Shown here: one piece after another, positions 11,906-21,141 of the stretch
How the letters are laid out: each line of letters opens with the position of its first letter
Numbering within the stretch: position 1 is the first letter of the stretch
Source of the DNA: an uncultured Bacteroidales bacterium
GTDB lineage: Bacteria > Bacteroidota > Bacteroidia > Bacteroidales > VadinHA17
Assembly (NCBI GenBank): GCA_963719235.1
Contig: CAVRBS010000014.1
Location: forward strand, 283,588 to 347,587
Length of the DNA stretch: 64,000 nt
Direction of reading: 5' to 3'
Translations under genes and position numbers: made by a program
Notes under the pieces: model-generated
The model's database searches: none
What the model saw: only the letters and a program-made list of their open reading frames with translations
What the model was told of the DNA's origin: nothing

Positions 11906-12902
11906 ATGAAAATGAGAAAATATATTAAATATAAATTACTCGGGCTGGCGTTTATCGTCATCGGCATGGTTGCCTGCGATCAGGCAAGCCAGGAACCTGA
12001 ACCAATCGGAAGTCCTAACGGTTATCCGGTGAGTACAGTTACCCCAGCGGTTACAACTGTTGTGGAAGGTAATTCTTTAATAATCAATATCACTATCGAT
12101 AAAATGATCGACAGGGCACTTACCTTCACTTTCAGGCAAACAGGTGGTACTGCTAACGAAGAGGATTATACTGTTGAAGCTGCAGTATTAACACCCTACA
12201 CAAAATCAATCCAGATGGTGATAGAGACAATTGAGGACTTCGATACCGATCCAACTGAAACGTTGGTTGGAGAAATCGGTGTCTACGGGATCGCAGAAAA
12301 ATATATGCTGAATCCCAGCGCAGTCAATCCGGTGAATGTATCATTTACTATCACTAACTTTGTCTCTCCTGACTTGGGAGTTGATTTCTACTGGAATGCG
12401 GATGTGGTAATTGACGGAGATACGTATGATGCTGCTGACTATATTGACTTTGACTTCTATATTGCCGGATGCAGAAGGTTTCGATATCAGTGACCCATGG
12501 GCTAATGCTTATGCTGATTATAGAGCTGCTACTGGAAGCCACCCGGAATCAATAAACTTCGAAGGCTATGCAGATGGCACATACGTTCTATTCGCTGACC
12601 TGTATTATAATGATTTCGTAGGTTACAGCGACGGTTCAGTTAAGATTCCTATTGTTGCCTCATTCACACGTCAGGGAACCTCTGTGAATGAAACAGAAGT
12701 CGGAATGGATCCTGCAGAGATGATGGCTGACAACACAGCCGGTTTTGATAATGACCCGAGCGGCGTTTACAACGCAGCCATAGCAAAAGTCACTATCGCT
12801 GCCGGTAAGTACACCATCACCAAATACGATAATACGACTATCGGACCTGTTAAATCAGGTACTCCAAAGACACCCAGACCGCTTATCAATAAGACAAGAT
12901 AG
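11906..12902 (+). CDS. SusCD-associated lipoprotein with Calx-beta-like region (frameshift near 12465)
   Basis: MVAC lipobox; GGTANEEDY...ETLV Calx-beta-like pattern; two overlapping ORFs join into one gene. Confidence 0.7.
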
Positions 12903-12922
12903 TTAATACGGATCTTCATAAT

Positions 12923-12960
12923 AAAAAGAGAGCCCCGCAAAAACGGGGCTCTCTTTTTTT
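12923..12960. terminator. Bidirectional intrinsic terminator
   Basis: AAAAAGAGAGCCCCG-caaaaa-CGGGGCTCTCTTTTT between convergent genes. Confidence 0.9.
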
Positions 12961-12963
12961 CAG

Positions 12964-13039
12964 AGCGACGCCCAGATTGGTCGTCGCTACATGGAAATCA
13001 TATACAAATATCGTACCGACGCGCAATCTGCGCGTAGCT
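12964..13039. repeat. Inverted pair of GTAG-type REP-like palindromes
   Basis: GTAGCGACGACCAATCTGGGCGTCGCT (-, 12964-12990) and GTACCGACGCGCAATCTGCGCGTAGCT (+, 13013-13039), 22/27 identical, each a hairpin. Confidence 0.65.
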
Positions 13040-13050
13040 CGATCTTTTTC

Positions 13051-16000
13051 CTAAATGGCTTTCGAATTTGCACGTTTATACATGAAGTTCGCCGCAAGCG
13101 CCAGAGCCACCAGCACAATCACCGCAACATAAACAAACACAGGTACCGGCACAGCATCACCTCCGGCATAAGAATGGAGCCCTGACAGGTAATAATTGAC
13201 CCCGAAGTAGGTCATGAGCACTGAAGAAAATGCAAAAAGGGAAAGGAGATTAAAAGCATAAACATCTTTCAGTCCGGGTATCATCCTCGAGTGAGTCACC
13301 AGAGTGTAAATAACTATAGTGATCAGTGACCATGTCTCCTTCGGATCCCATCCCCAGTAACGACCCCATGATTCGTTAGCCCACACAGCACCAAGGAAGG
13401 TCCCGATGGTCAGAAAATAAAGCCCCAGAGTCAGGGTCCTGTAATTGATGACCGTAAGCTCGTCTATCGTAGCGCTGATCCTCTCCTGGTTCTTTTTATT
13501 GACAAAGAGCATCATGATCATCACAATAAGGCCCAGGATAGCTCCCAGACCCAGGAACCCGTAACTGCCCGTAATCACCGAGACATGCAGTGTTAGCCAG
13601 TATGATTTGAGCACTGGCACCAGGTTCGTTATCTCAGGATCCATGAAGCTCATATGCGCTACCATAAGCGTCATCCCGGCCAGAACGGCCGTGGCTGCCA
13701 GCGCCAGAAGCGACTTGCGGCTGAAGATAAAGCCTGCCAGCATCGTGACCCACGAAATGAACAGCATTGATTCATAGCCGTTGCTCATGGGCGAATGGCC
13801 CGAAATGTACCACCTTATGCCCAGTCCTAACGTATGAAAGATAAATCCGGCCACGGCAAGACTGAACAATATTTTCATAAAAATGGAGCCTCCTCCCTTG
13901 CCGGTAATGATGAAGCTGATAAGGGCCATGATCATCAGAAGTCCCAGCGTGGCATAGAAAGGAAACAGCTTCTCAAAGATATTTGCCCTGTAATAGAAAA
14001 GCTCTGCCCTGATGCGTGACTCTGACGGAAGATCATACTCAGAATGAACCCGCTGATATTCCTTTATCGCCCGGAGATACTCTTCAGGCTTTGCCGGAGC
14101 GCTGCCCACAGCAGTGACAGCCTGGGCCCACATCGGAATGACATTGAGTACAAATAGCGAATCTTCAGCACCCGAAGCATGCCTGACAGCATCGCTGGCA
14201 GTTCCCCAATGGTCTGTCCCGTCTTTCAGCGGGAAGATATTCATGAAGCCCCCTTCAGACATCATATAACATATATTTACCCGCTCGTCAACCTTGATAA
14301 CCTCCTTGTCGAAGCGGGTCCGCTCACTTGCAGGTTTTGAATATGCCTTTTCAACGTACGCTGAAAGCTTATACCCTCCTCCGTCGCCAAAGGAAACGAT
14401 GTCCGAAAAAGCAGCCTTGTCGCCCTTCAGCTTCAGCAGACCTGATAACTCTGCATTTGAGACTTTAATAAGAGGCACATTCTGCCAGTGATAAGGGTCA
14501 AGAGAAAAACCCATGAAAACCTGCATAGGCGAGAGGCCTTCAAATTCCTTTTCCCTTGCAACCTTTCGTAAAATGTCACTGCTAATAGTATACAGCGGTT
14601 TGGTACGTCCCTTCTGATCCTGGGCAAGCACCTCCCCGAAACGGTTGGCTTCATCAATGTCAAGGACCAGATGCTGGGCCTTTAAAGGTGAGAGAGAAGT
14701 AAGGGCAAGAAGCATGAAAACCATTGCTGCCAGCCGGCGATACCGTGAATTCCAGTAACCCGTTCTTACGGTCCTGAAGAACGATCGCCTGTTGATTATC
14801 GAGAGAACAATGAACAGGAAAAGCAGGGCATAACCGGCATAGGTCGTAATCATACCTGCCGGATCATGGTTCACTGAGAGCACAGTGCCGAGCTCGTCCT
14901 TGTCATAAGATGACTGATAAAAGCGGAAACCCTTATACTTGAGAATATGATTCATGTATATATCATACTGAAAGTCAGCACCATGGTTTTCATCAATCAA
15001 TGTAACCCGGCTTTTAAAACCCGAAGGACTGTTGGAGCCCGGATACCGTTCAATAATAAAATCGTCAAGAGTGAGACTGAAGGGCAGATTAAGAAGCCTG
15101 TTTCCGTAGCTGACATTTACATTAAGATCTCCTGCAGTGCCGTGCCATTCCGATCTTTCTGCTTCAGGATTGTTCCACAGGTAAATCTTCTTTTCAAAGC
15201 CTTCTCCTGACAGTGTGAACTCAAAGGCGCCGGAACCTGCCTGATCAGTATTTTCAGATGACGGCGCCGGCACTGCCACTCCGCTGAGCGTCATCTGCCG
15301 GGGTACCAGTTTGTATCCTCCGATTGTATATACAGTGCCCGGAACTATGTTAATCAATGTATCGGGCGGGCATATTACCTTCGTCATATCCATCATCCTG
15401 GTCAGCACCATCTCTTTTCCGGATCTGATAAGGAAAGAAGAGCTGTCAAGTAATACAGTTATATCTGCATCAGTACCAAATCCCATGGTCATCTCTCCGG
15501 CCATTGCGGTCTCACCCTGAGCAAGTACAATTATTTCACTCGTCCTCATATCGCGGGTGGCGAGGAAAGCAACCATAGGAACCCCGTCAGGAGATTCTTC
15601 CACCTGTTTTACGGCACCGGGAATGTATCCGTCAAGCGTCAGTTTAACCGCACTTCCGCCAGCCTTGAGAGTCTTCCTGTAACCGGCACGACCGCCGCCG
15701 GCAACAGACAGAGCTTTTGAATGGCCTGCAAGCACAGTGTTATCCATATCAGCCACTTCAAAAACAAGGTCGCTGACCGAAGAATACGTCATTGATGAGG
15801 CCTCCCCCTCCCTGATGTGCATCATGCCGTCAAAACCCGTATAGCGGGTTATTGCCGCACCGATGACCATTACAATAAAGGCGAGATGGAATATCATAAC
15901 GGTAATCTTCTCTTTCCGGTACAGCTTGTATTTTATAATCTGTCCGGCAAGATTGATTACCAGGAGCAGAAACAGCAGCTCAAACCATCGTGTGTTGTAA

Positions 16001-16128
16001 ACCATTGACCTGGCCGTGTCAGCTCCGAAATCATTCTCAATGAATGTTGCTGCGGCCATGGCTGCTGCCAGCAAAATGAATAGTACACCCATTACTGCTG
16101 GAGTAAAAAGAAATCTAAATGCTTTCAT
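13051..16128 (-). CDS. ccsA: System II cytochrome c biogenesis fusion protein CcsBA
   Basis: N-terminal ResB-like TMs with FHLAF and MNHIL.YKGFRFYQSSYD; C-terminal WWD motif WANESWGRYWGWDPKETW and SGLHSY. Confidence 0.95.
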   Translation of the reverse strand: MKAFRFLFTPAVMGVLFILLAAAMAAATFIENDFGADTARSMVYNTRWFELLFLLLVINLAGQIIKYKLYRKEKITVMIFHLAFIVMVIGAAITRYTGFDGMMHIREGEASSMTYSSVSDLVFEVADMDNTVLAGHSKALSVAGGGRAGYRKTLKAGGSAVKLTLDGYIPGAVKQVEESPDGVPMVAFLATRDMRTSEIIVLAQGETAMAGEMTMGFGTDADITVLLDSSSFLIRSGKEMVLTRMMDMTKVICPPDTLINIVPGTVYTIGGYKLVPRQMTLSGVAVPAPSSENTDQAGSGAFEFTLSGEGFEKKIYLWNNPEAERSEWHGTAGDLNVNVSYGNRLLNLPFSLTLDDFIIERYPGSNSPSGFKSRVTLIDENHGADFQYDIYMNHILKYKGFRFYQSSYDKDELGTVLSVNHDPAGMITTYAGYALLFLFIVLSIINRRSFFRTVRTGYWNSRYRRLAAMVFMLLALTSLSPLKAQHLVLDIDEANRFGEVLAQDQKGRTKPLYTISSDILRKVAREKEFEGLSPMQVFMGFSLDPYHWQNVPLIKVSNAELSGLLKLKGDKAAFSDIVSFGDGGGYKLSAYVEKAYSKPASERTRFDKEVIKVDERVNICYMMSEGGFMNIFPLKDGTDHWGTASDAVRHASGAEDSLFVLNVIPMWAQAVTAVGSAPAKPEEYLRAIKEYQRVHSEYDLPSESRIRAELFYYRANIFEKLFPFYATLGLLMIMALISFIITGKGGGSIFMKILFSLAVAGFIFHTLGLGIRWYISGHSPMSNGYESMLFISWVTMLAGFIFSRKSLLALAATAVLAGMTLMVAHMSFMDPEITNLVPVLKSYWLTLHVSVITGSYGFLGLGAILGLIVMIMMLFVNKKNQERISATIDELTVINYRTLTLGLYFLTIGTFLGAVWANESWGRYWGWDPKETWSLITIVIYTLVTHSRMIPGLKDVYAFNLLSLFAFSSVLMTYFGVNYYLSGLHSYAGGDAVPVPVFVYVAVIVLVALALAANFMYKRANSKAI

Positions 16129-16149
16129 AACTTTAATTTGAATGCAAAA

Positions 16150-16845
16150 CTATCCTTTTTCGGATATTAAACGAAGCTTCTCACGCTTGAGGATCTTAAC
16201 GGAGCGTGGCGTCGCCTGAATGATCTTTTCATTTTCAAGCTCGCCCATTATTCTTACGACACTCTCTTTTGCCATATTGGTCATCTCCCCGAGTTCCTGA
16301 CGTGACAGCACCATCTCAAAACTGTCTGAATGAAAAAGTGTATCTGCAAAATAGAGCAGTGATTCCGCAAGTCTTCCATGCATCTTCTTCTGTGTCAGGT
16401 TTACCACTTTATGATGCATTCTGAATGCATTCTCACTGAGTTCTTCAATAAACCCCACGGCAAAATCCGGATTGCCTGCAATGAGCCGGCGAATGATGTC
16501 AAAGCTTATAAAGCAGGCCTGGACCGGGGTAATTGCAGCCACAGAATAACAGTATCTGGAATTGACATGAACACCCGGGCCTGCAAGCAGCGTTGATTGT
16601 CCGGCCAGATCAAGAATCAGGTTTCGTCCCGAGTACCCTTCCATGTATACTTTCGTAAGACCGGAAAGAATGAAGACAGCATTTGAGGACGGTGAGCCCT
16701 GCTTGATAATTATCTCCCCCTGGTTAAAACCGGCTTCATAACGGTTCCTGTTGACCAGCTCAAGCTCTTCTTTTGAAAGATTTCTAAAGTTGGTCCAGCA
16801 TTTTGAACAAACTTCACAACTTGATATTACGTTTTCACTAAACAT
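16150..16845 (-). CDS. Crp/Fnr-family transcriptional regulator with N-terminal Cys cluster
   Basis: CEVCSKC near N-terminus, cNMP-type domain, GRLAESLL and HTH LSRQELGEMTNMAKESVVR; ORF extends to 16902, MFSENV start preferred. Confidence 0.9.
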   Translation of the reverse strand: MFSENVISSCEVCSKCWTNFRNLSKEELELVNRNRYEAGFNQGEIIIKQGSPSSNAVFILSGLTKVYMEGYSGRNLILDLAGQSTLLAGPGVHVNSRYCYSVAAITPVQACFISFDIIRRLIAGNPDFAVGFIEELSENAFRMHHKVVNLTQKKMHGRLAESLLYFADTLFHSDSFEMVLSRQELGEMTNMAKESVVRIMGELENEKIIQATPRSVKILKREKLRLISEKG

Positions 16846-16905
16846 TGTTCCCTCCTGAAATTTGAAGTCAAACCTACTATAACACATATGCAATTTAGGC
16901 AAATA

Positions 16906-16986
16906 GTGATATATATCATATTTTAAATTGACCTATATCAATCATGTTGCTCTTACTTATCAATCTGTTGTTATTGAAATATCAAT
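16906..16986. promoter_or_regulatory. Phased Fnr-like binding-site array in the divergent fnr / cytochrome promoter
   Basis: GTGAT-ATAT-ATCAT (16906), TTGAC-CTAT-ATCAA (16928), further ATCAA half-sites at 16959 and 16981; period exactly 22 bp. Confidence 0.75.
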
Positions 16987-17059
16987 GAAACACCAAGTGT
17001 ATGCATCGCTTGTCTTGCTACCTTTCGCAATTGAATTATTAAAAAAAACCTGAAAATCT

Positions 17060-18256
17060 ATGAAGGGAAGTTTGAAGCTTTTTTCGTTGTTGGTCATGAC
17101 CGGGATGGTGATGATATCCTGTGAAGGTCCGATGGGTCCGATAGGTCCGCAGGGTGCGCAGGGTCCACAGGGAGAACCGGGAGTAACCGTTGCATGCACA
17201 GAGTGCCATAATCCTGGCGTTGTTGAGGCAAAAGCTGTCGAATATGAACATTCGCTTCATTTCAGCGGTGAAGCTTTTGAAGAAGGAACAAGGAACGCCT
17301 GTGCTCCCTGTCACTCAGATCAGGGTTTCAGGTATGTTGTTACGAACAACACCCCGGTAACTTTTGTTCCTGATCCGGCCAATGCAGGCAAATTTTTAAA
17401 TAGTTACAGTGTCGACGCCATTACCGCATCTCTGCCCGGACCAATAGGCTGTATGACCTGTCACAGTGCGCTCCATTCAACATATAGCGGGGACGACTTC
17501 TCGCCTCTCACGACAACTGCGGAAGTGCCACTGACAATGTATGGCGGGTCAAAAAGCATCAATTTCCCCAAGAACAAAGGAAATCTTTGCACCAAGTGTC
17601 ACCAGCCAAGACCTGTAACTGCTTCAACAGGAAATGTGATAGATTACTCACTGCTGGTCTCAGATAAGGCTACAAAATATACCCTGTCAAGCCTGAGCTA
17701 CAGGACTGGTATTCACTATGGATCACAGGGCTCAATTGCAGCCGGAGTTGGAGGCATACAATTCGGGACTGGCTACGCAAATTCAGCACATACTGCAAAT
17801 CTTTCATGCGGAAACTGCCACATGGCAGAACCAAGGACCCTTTCAGGGGGACATTCATTCAGCGCAGCCGGACTGTTTACGGGATGTAACGTAAGCGGAT
17901 GCCACTCATCGCTGAGCGCCACCAACCCGACTTATACCAACGTTGTTGATAATATTACAGGTTTGCTTGAGGATCTGGCAACAAAAATTAATGCTATAGG
18001 CGACGGTCATGATATTCTCCAGAAAGATCCTGAAGATGGCCAGTATCATGGTTACCTGGATATCTATGATGCAGGTTCAAATCCAACAGGTTACTGGAAG
18101 AATCCAGACCAGGGTAATGTTGCATTCCCGCCGATAACAAATGCGCAGTTCGGTGCAATTCTCAACTACCAGCTGGTATTCCGGGACGGAAGTCATGGTG
18201 TTCACAACTATCTGTACGCCAAGAAGCTTCTTGAAAATACTCTGGCAGCCTGGTAG
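17060..18256 (+). CDS. Multiheme (hexaheme) c-type cytochrome lipoprotein with collagen-like repeat
   Basis: MISC lipobox, then GPMGPIGPQGAQGPQGEPG; CTECH, CAPCH, CMTCH, CTKCH, CGNCH and atypical CNVSGCH. Confidence 0.9.
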   Translation: MKGSLKLFSLLVMTGMVMISCEGPMGPIGPQGAQGPQGEPGVTVACTECHNPGVVEAKAVEYEHSLHFSGEAFEEGTRNACAPCHSDQGFRYVVTNNTPVTFVPDPANAGKFLNSYSVDAITASLPGPIGCMTCHSALHSTYSGDDFSPLTTTAEVPLTMYGGSKSINFPKNKGNLCTKCHQPRPVTASTGNVIDYSLLVSDKATKYTLSSLSYRTGIHYGSQGSIAAGVGGIQFGTGYANSAHTANLSCGNCHMAEPRTLSGGHSFSAAGLFTGCNVSGCHSSLSATNPTYTNVVDNITGLLEDLATKINAIGDGHDILQKDPEDGQYHGYLDIYDAGSNPTGYWKNPDQGNVAFPPITNAQFGAILNYQLVFRDGSHGVHNYLYAKKLLENTLAAW

Positions 18257-18268
18257 AAAAACTAATTA

Positions 18269-18341
18269 TAAAAAGCTGTCTCACCAGGGGCAGCTTTTTA
18301 AATATAATAAAGAAGGCTGCTTCGTTCGAGGCAGCCTTCTT
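18269..18341. terminator. Two adjacent terminator hairpins between convergent cytochrome genes
   Basis: AAAAGCTGTCTC...GGGGCAGCTTTT and AAGAAGGCTGCTTCG-tt-CGAGGCAGCCTTCTT. Confidence 0.75.
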
Positions 18342-18361
18342 CAATTTTGAAAAGAGGTTCT

Positions 18362-18772
18362 TTATTTCTTAAAACTCCTCATGTAATGAACCAATGCCCA
18401 GATTTCATTATCAGGAATTTTCTTGTCAAATGAAGGCATCTCATTACGCCCTGTCTTGGTTCTGTAGAATAGCTCACCATCTGTAGAGGCCTGAAAATCA
18501 GCTGACGTAAAGTCACCAGGATGGGTTTTACCCATTCTTCCTTTCACTCCGTCACCAAGTCCTGTCTTGCCATGACATGATGCACAGTTCTTTGACCATG
18601 ATGACGTACCCAGTTTCATGGTAGCATCATCAGCTGCCACGGGGTTTGCTTTAGCTTTCTCAGTTGCAGGAACAGGCCACGGTTCAGCTTTCTTCTGACT
18701 CTGTGCGTTCATCACCTGAGAAAAGGAGAAGGTCAGCAGAAGAGCACTAACAAATACTGATTTGAATTTCAT
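18362..18772 (-). CDS. Periplasmic monoheme class I cytochrome c
   Basis: Signal peptide, NPV motif, CASCHG, GRNEMP distal Met, IWALVHYMR. Confidence 0.92.
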   Translation of the reverse strand: MKFKSVFVSALLLTFSFSQVMNAQSQKKAEPWPVPATEKAKANPVAADDATMKLGTSSWSKNCASCHGKTGLGDGVKGRMGKTHPGDFTSADFQASTDGELFYRTKTGRNEMPSFDKKIPDNEIWALVHYMRSFKK

Positions 18773-18859
18773 AGTCTTACATTATTAGTTATACATAGCA
18801 GTTATCACTTATCATGCCAAAAGTAAATATTTTTATATTGAGATCCCTTTTGCACAAAA

Positions 18860-19032
18860 GAGGCTGGATCAAAAGTTACCTCCTCCCCCTGACGCTTACG
18901 GTCAGGGTACTCCTCCTTATTAAGGGGGATAAAGTTAAAATATTTAAATTCAATCATTTCCCCTCCTTTTTTTAAGGAGGGGTGTCCGCCAGCTGGCGGA
19001 CAGGGTGATAAATATACTTTTGATACAGCCTC
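18860..19032. mobile_element. 173-bp MITE-like element with 17-bp terminal inverted repeats
   Basis: GAGGCTGGATCAAAAGT (18860-18876) vs reverse complement of ACTTTTGATACAGCCTC (19016-19032), 16/17 match; internal hairpins; no ORF. Confidence 0.75.
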
Positions 19033-19050
19033 CCTTAAATTTTCAGAAGC

Positions 19051-19470
19051 TTACTGCTTTAGGGATTTCATGTAAATGACCATTTTCCAGATATCGTCAT
19101 CAGGAATTTTCTTGTCATAGGCAGGCATCTCTCCTCTGCCAAATTTTGTCTGGTAAAACAAGGTGCCCTCACTGTATGCCTGAAATTCGGCACCTGAGAA
19201 ATCTCCGGGGAATACTTTGCACATTCTTCCTTTGGGACCGTCACCCTTGCCAAGCTTGCCATGACATGAAGCACAATTCTTGTCATAAGCCGTTTTGCCC
19301 GCTGCAAGTGTCGTTGCATCGCTGGCCACGGGATTTTTCATAGTTTTATACTCAGCCGGGATTGTCCACGGTTCGCCCTTCTTCTGCTGCTGACCGTAAG
19401 CGGTGACAGACATCACGGCAAAAACTGCTGTCAGCATCATGACTGAAATAGTTTTAAATGTTCTTTTCAT
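19051..19470 (-). CDS. Periplasmic monoheme class I cytochrome c (paralog of 18362-18772)
   Basis: Signal peptide, KNCASCHGK, GRGEMPAYDKKIPD. Confidence 0.92.
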   Translation of the reverse strand: MKRTFKTISVMMLTAVFAVMSVTAYGQQQKKGEPWTIPAEYKTMKNPVASDATTLAAGKTAYDKNCASCHGKLGKGDGPKGRMCKVFPGDFSGAEFQAYSEGTLFYQTKFGRGEMPAYDKKIPDDDIWKMVIYMKSLKQ

Positions 19471-19496
19471 ACAAATTGCTTTTAATTAGACTCATA

Positions 19497-20117
19497 TTAA
19501 TGACTCTCCTGCCAGCCAGTGACAATGCTCCTGAAATTACTCAGAGGCGACTTGCCCATTGTGCTGACATAAAGATGAATAAACAAAAATATCACAATCA
19601 GGAAACCAAGAACCACATGAAACTGGTCCGTAAGGAAAATTCCGCTTAAACCCAGGAATTTTTTAAGAATAAATTCCGGAAACATCAGGGCCCATCCGGT
19701 GATAAAGAGCATCGGCAGGGCAAAATACATCACCGCGATATATGATACCTGCTGCAGCGGATTGAATTTACGGTCCTGCCCGACAGGGTAAGGAGCCTTC
19801 TCCCCCCTGAAATATCCAAAGGCATAATAGTAGCCCTGCTTCCATAGTCTGGTACCCATTCCTTTAATCTGTACCAGATAATGTTTTCCGTTCGGGGTAA
19901 AAAGGTTGCCGGCCAGAAATACAGTATAACTTATTGTAAGCAGGATACCGCAAACGTTATGGATTGAAACGGCCCGTTGAAATTTAACCACCAGAGCGTT
20001 ATCAGGATTGGAATAAAGCATGCTGAATCCTGTCACAATCAAGAAAAGACACAAAATGGCATTGGCAAGGTGCCACAGTCTCACCCATACAGGATAGTGA
20101 TAAAAATTACTGCTCAT
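19497..20117 (-). CDS. Diheme cytochrome b membrane subunit (Ni/Fe-hydrogenase/PhsC/CbcB-type)
   Basis: Four TM segments with His in RLWH, SIH, QFH and FIHLY; KFNPLQ motif. Confidence 0.88.
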   Translation of the reverse strand: MSSNFYHYPVWVRLWHLANAILCLFLIVTGFSMLYSNPDNALVVKFQRAVSIHNVCGILLTISYTVFLAGNLFTPNGKHYLVQIKGMGTRLWKQGYYYAFGYFRGEKAPYPVGQDRKFNPLQQVSYIAVMYFALPMLFITGWALMFPEFILKKFLGLSGIFLTDQFHVVLGFLIVIFLFIHLYVSTMGKSPLSNFRSIVTGWQESH

Positions 20118-21133
20118 GATAGCGTTTAACAGGTTTAATTATAATCCTGAAAATTGTATGTATTAAGCCGATTGCAAGAGTTCATGCCAATAATCAGCAT
20201 ACCTGCCATGGAAATGAACTTGCTTCGGTTTGCACCTATCACATAAGAGTCATTTCTAAGCATCACTCCATTGACAAAGCCTTTTTCACTGCGGTTCTCC
20301 TTTGAAGCATGTTTATAAAGCGTTCCCATCAGTATGGAATTCTTGTTATGACAGTCCGAGCAGCTTTTTACGGAACTGTCGGCAGGCATAACCTCATGTG
20401 CTACCAGAATGCTGTCGCTCATGCGTGTATGGCAGTCAATGCATCTTACAGCTTCGAGATGCCGGTCGACATTGGGCAACCATTCATGTTTCGGCAATAC
20501 AATGCCCAGGTCTGTCTCAGCTATCAGACCCATTATGTCAGCATTACCGTGACAGCGGAGGCACATTTCATTTGACTTCAGTATATAATCACGGCCACCG
20601 GTGGTCTGACGTGCCAATGGATTATAGTAATGAGCATCATGACATTTCCAGCATGTGACCAGACCTTCAGTTGCCGTATAATGAATACTTTTCTGGTACT
20701 CGGCATCAATCTCCTCAAACCCGTACTGTGCATAGTTGGGATCATATCCGTGACAGTCTATACAACTCCATGATGTCTCAAAACGAGCCTCCATAGGGTG
20801 AGGAAAACTTTTGAAACCTTCCGAATGACAATCAAGACAGTTAAAGCTCCAGTGCACGGAATTATAAAAAAGATCCGGGCTCACCACATTGTGTTGCGAC
20901 ATAAGTTGTTTCCTGCTTACCCCGGAAACCGTATCAGTCAGGGTATAAACCATTCTGCCGTGACAGACAAGACAGTTCTGCTCATTCTGTTCAGCATAGA
21001 GACTTAATTCAGCACCTTTTTTTGCCGTTGTATCCTGCTTCTCAGCCCCAGCGTCCTGTGCACGAAGTGGACTCAGGAATGCGAACGCGAGCAGAAATAA
21101 AAGTGAAACTTTCCCAGGGATCATCCGAAGCAC
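20107..21133 (-). CDS. Heptaheme c-type cytochrome with C-terminal membrane anchor (CbcA-like; 1-nt frameshift near 20182)
   Basis: Signal peptide; CLVCH, CLDCH, CIDCH, CWKCH, CLRCH, CIDCH, CSDCH. Removing one base gives TM tail MAGMLIIGMTLAIGLIHTIFR...YHEQ-stop at 20107, overlapping the cytochrome b start. Confidence 0.88.
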
Positions 21134-21141
21134 GGCTACCG

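Noticed and set aside
16960-17314. Antisense ORFs with GPCAPCGP / TLRTLRT repeats
   Set aside because: They are shadows of the collagen-like repeat in the + strand cytochrome gene
17060-21133. Cluster as nitrite reductase (NrfAH), thiosulfate reductase or hydrogenase operon
   Set aside because: No CxxCK motif, molybdopterin subunit or NiFe large subunit is present in the locus
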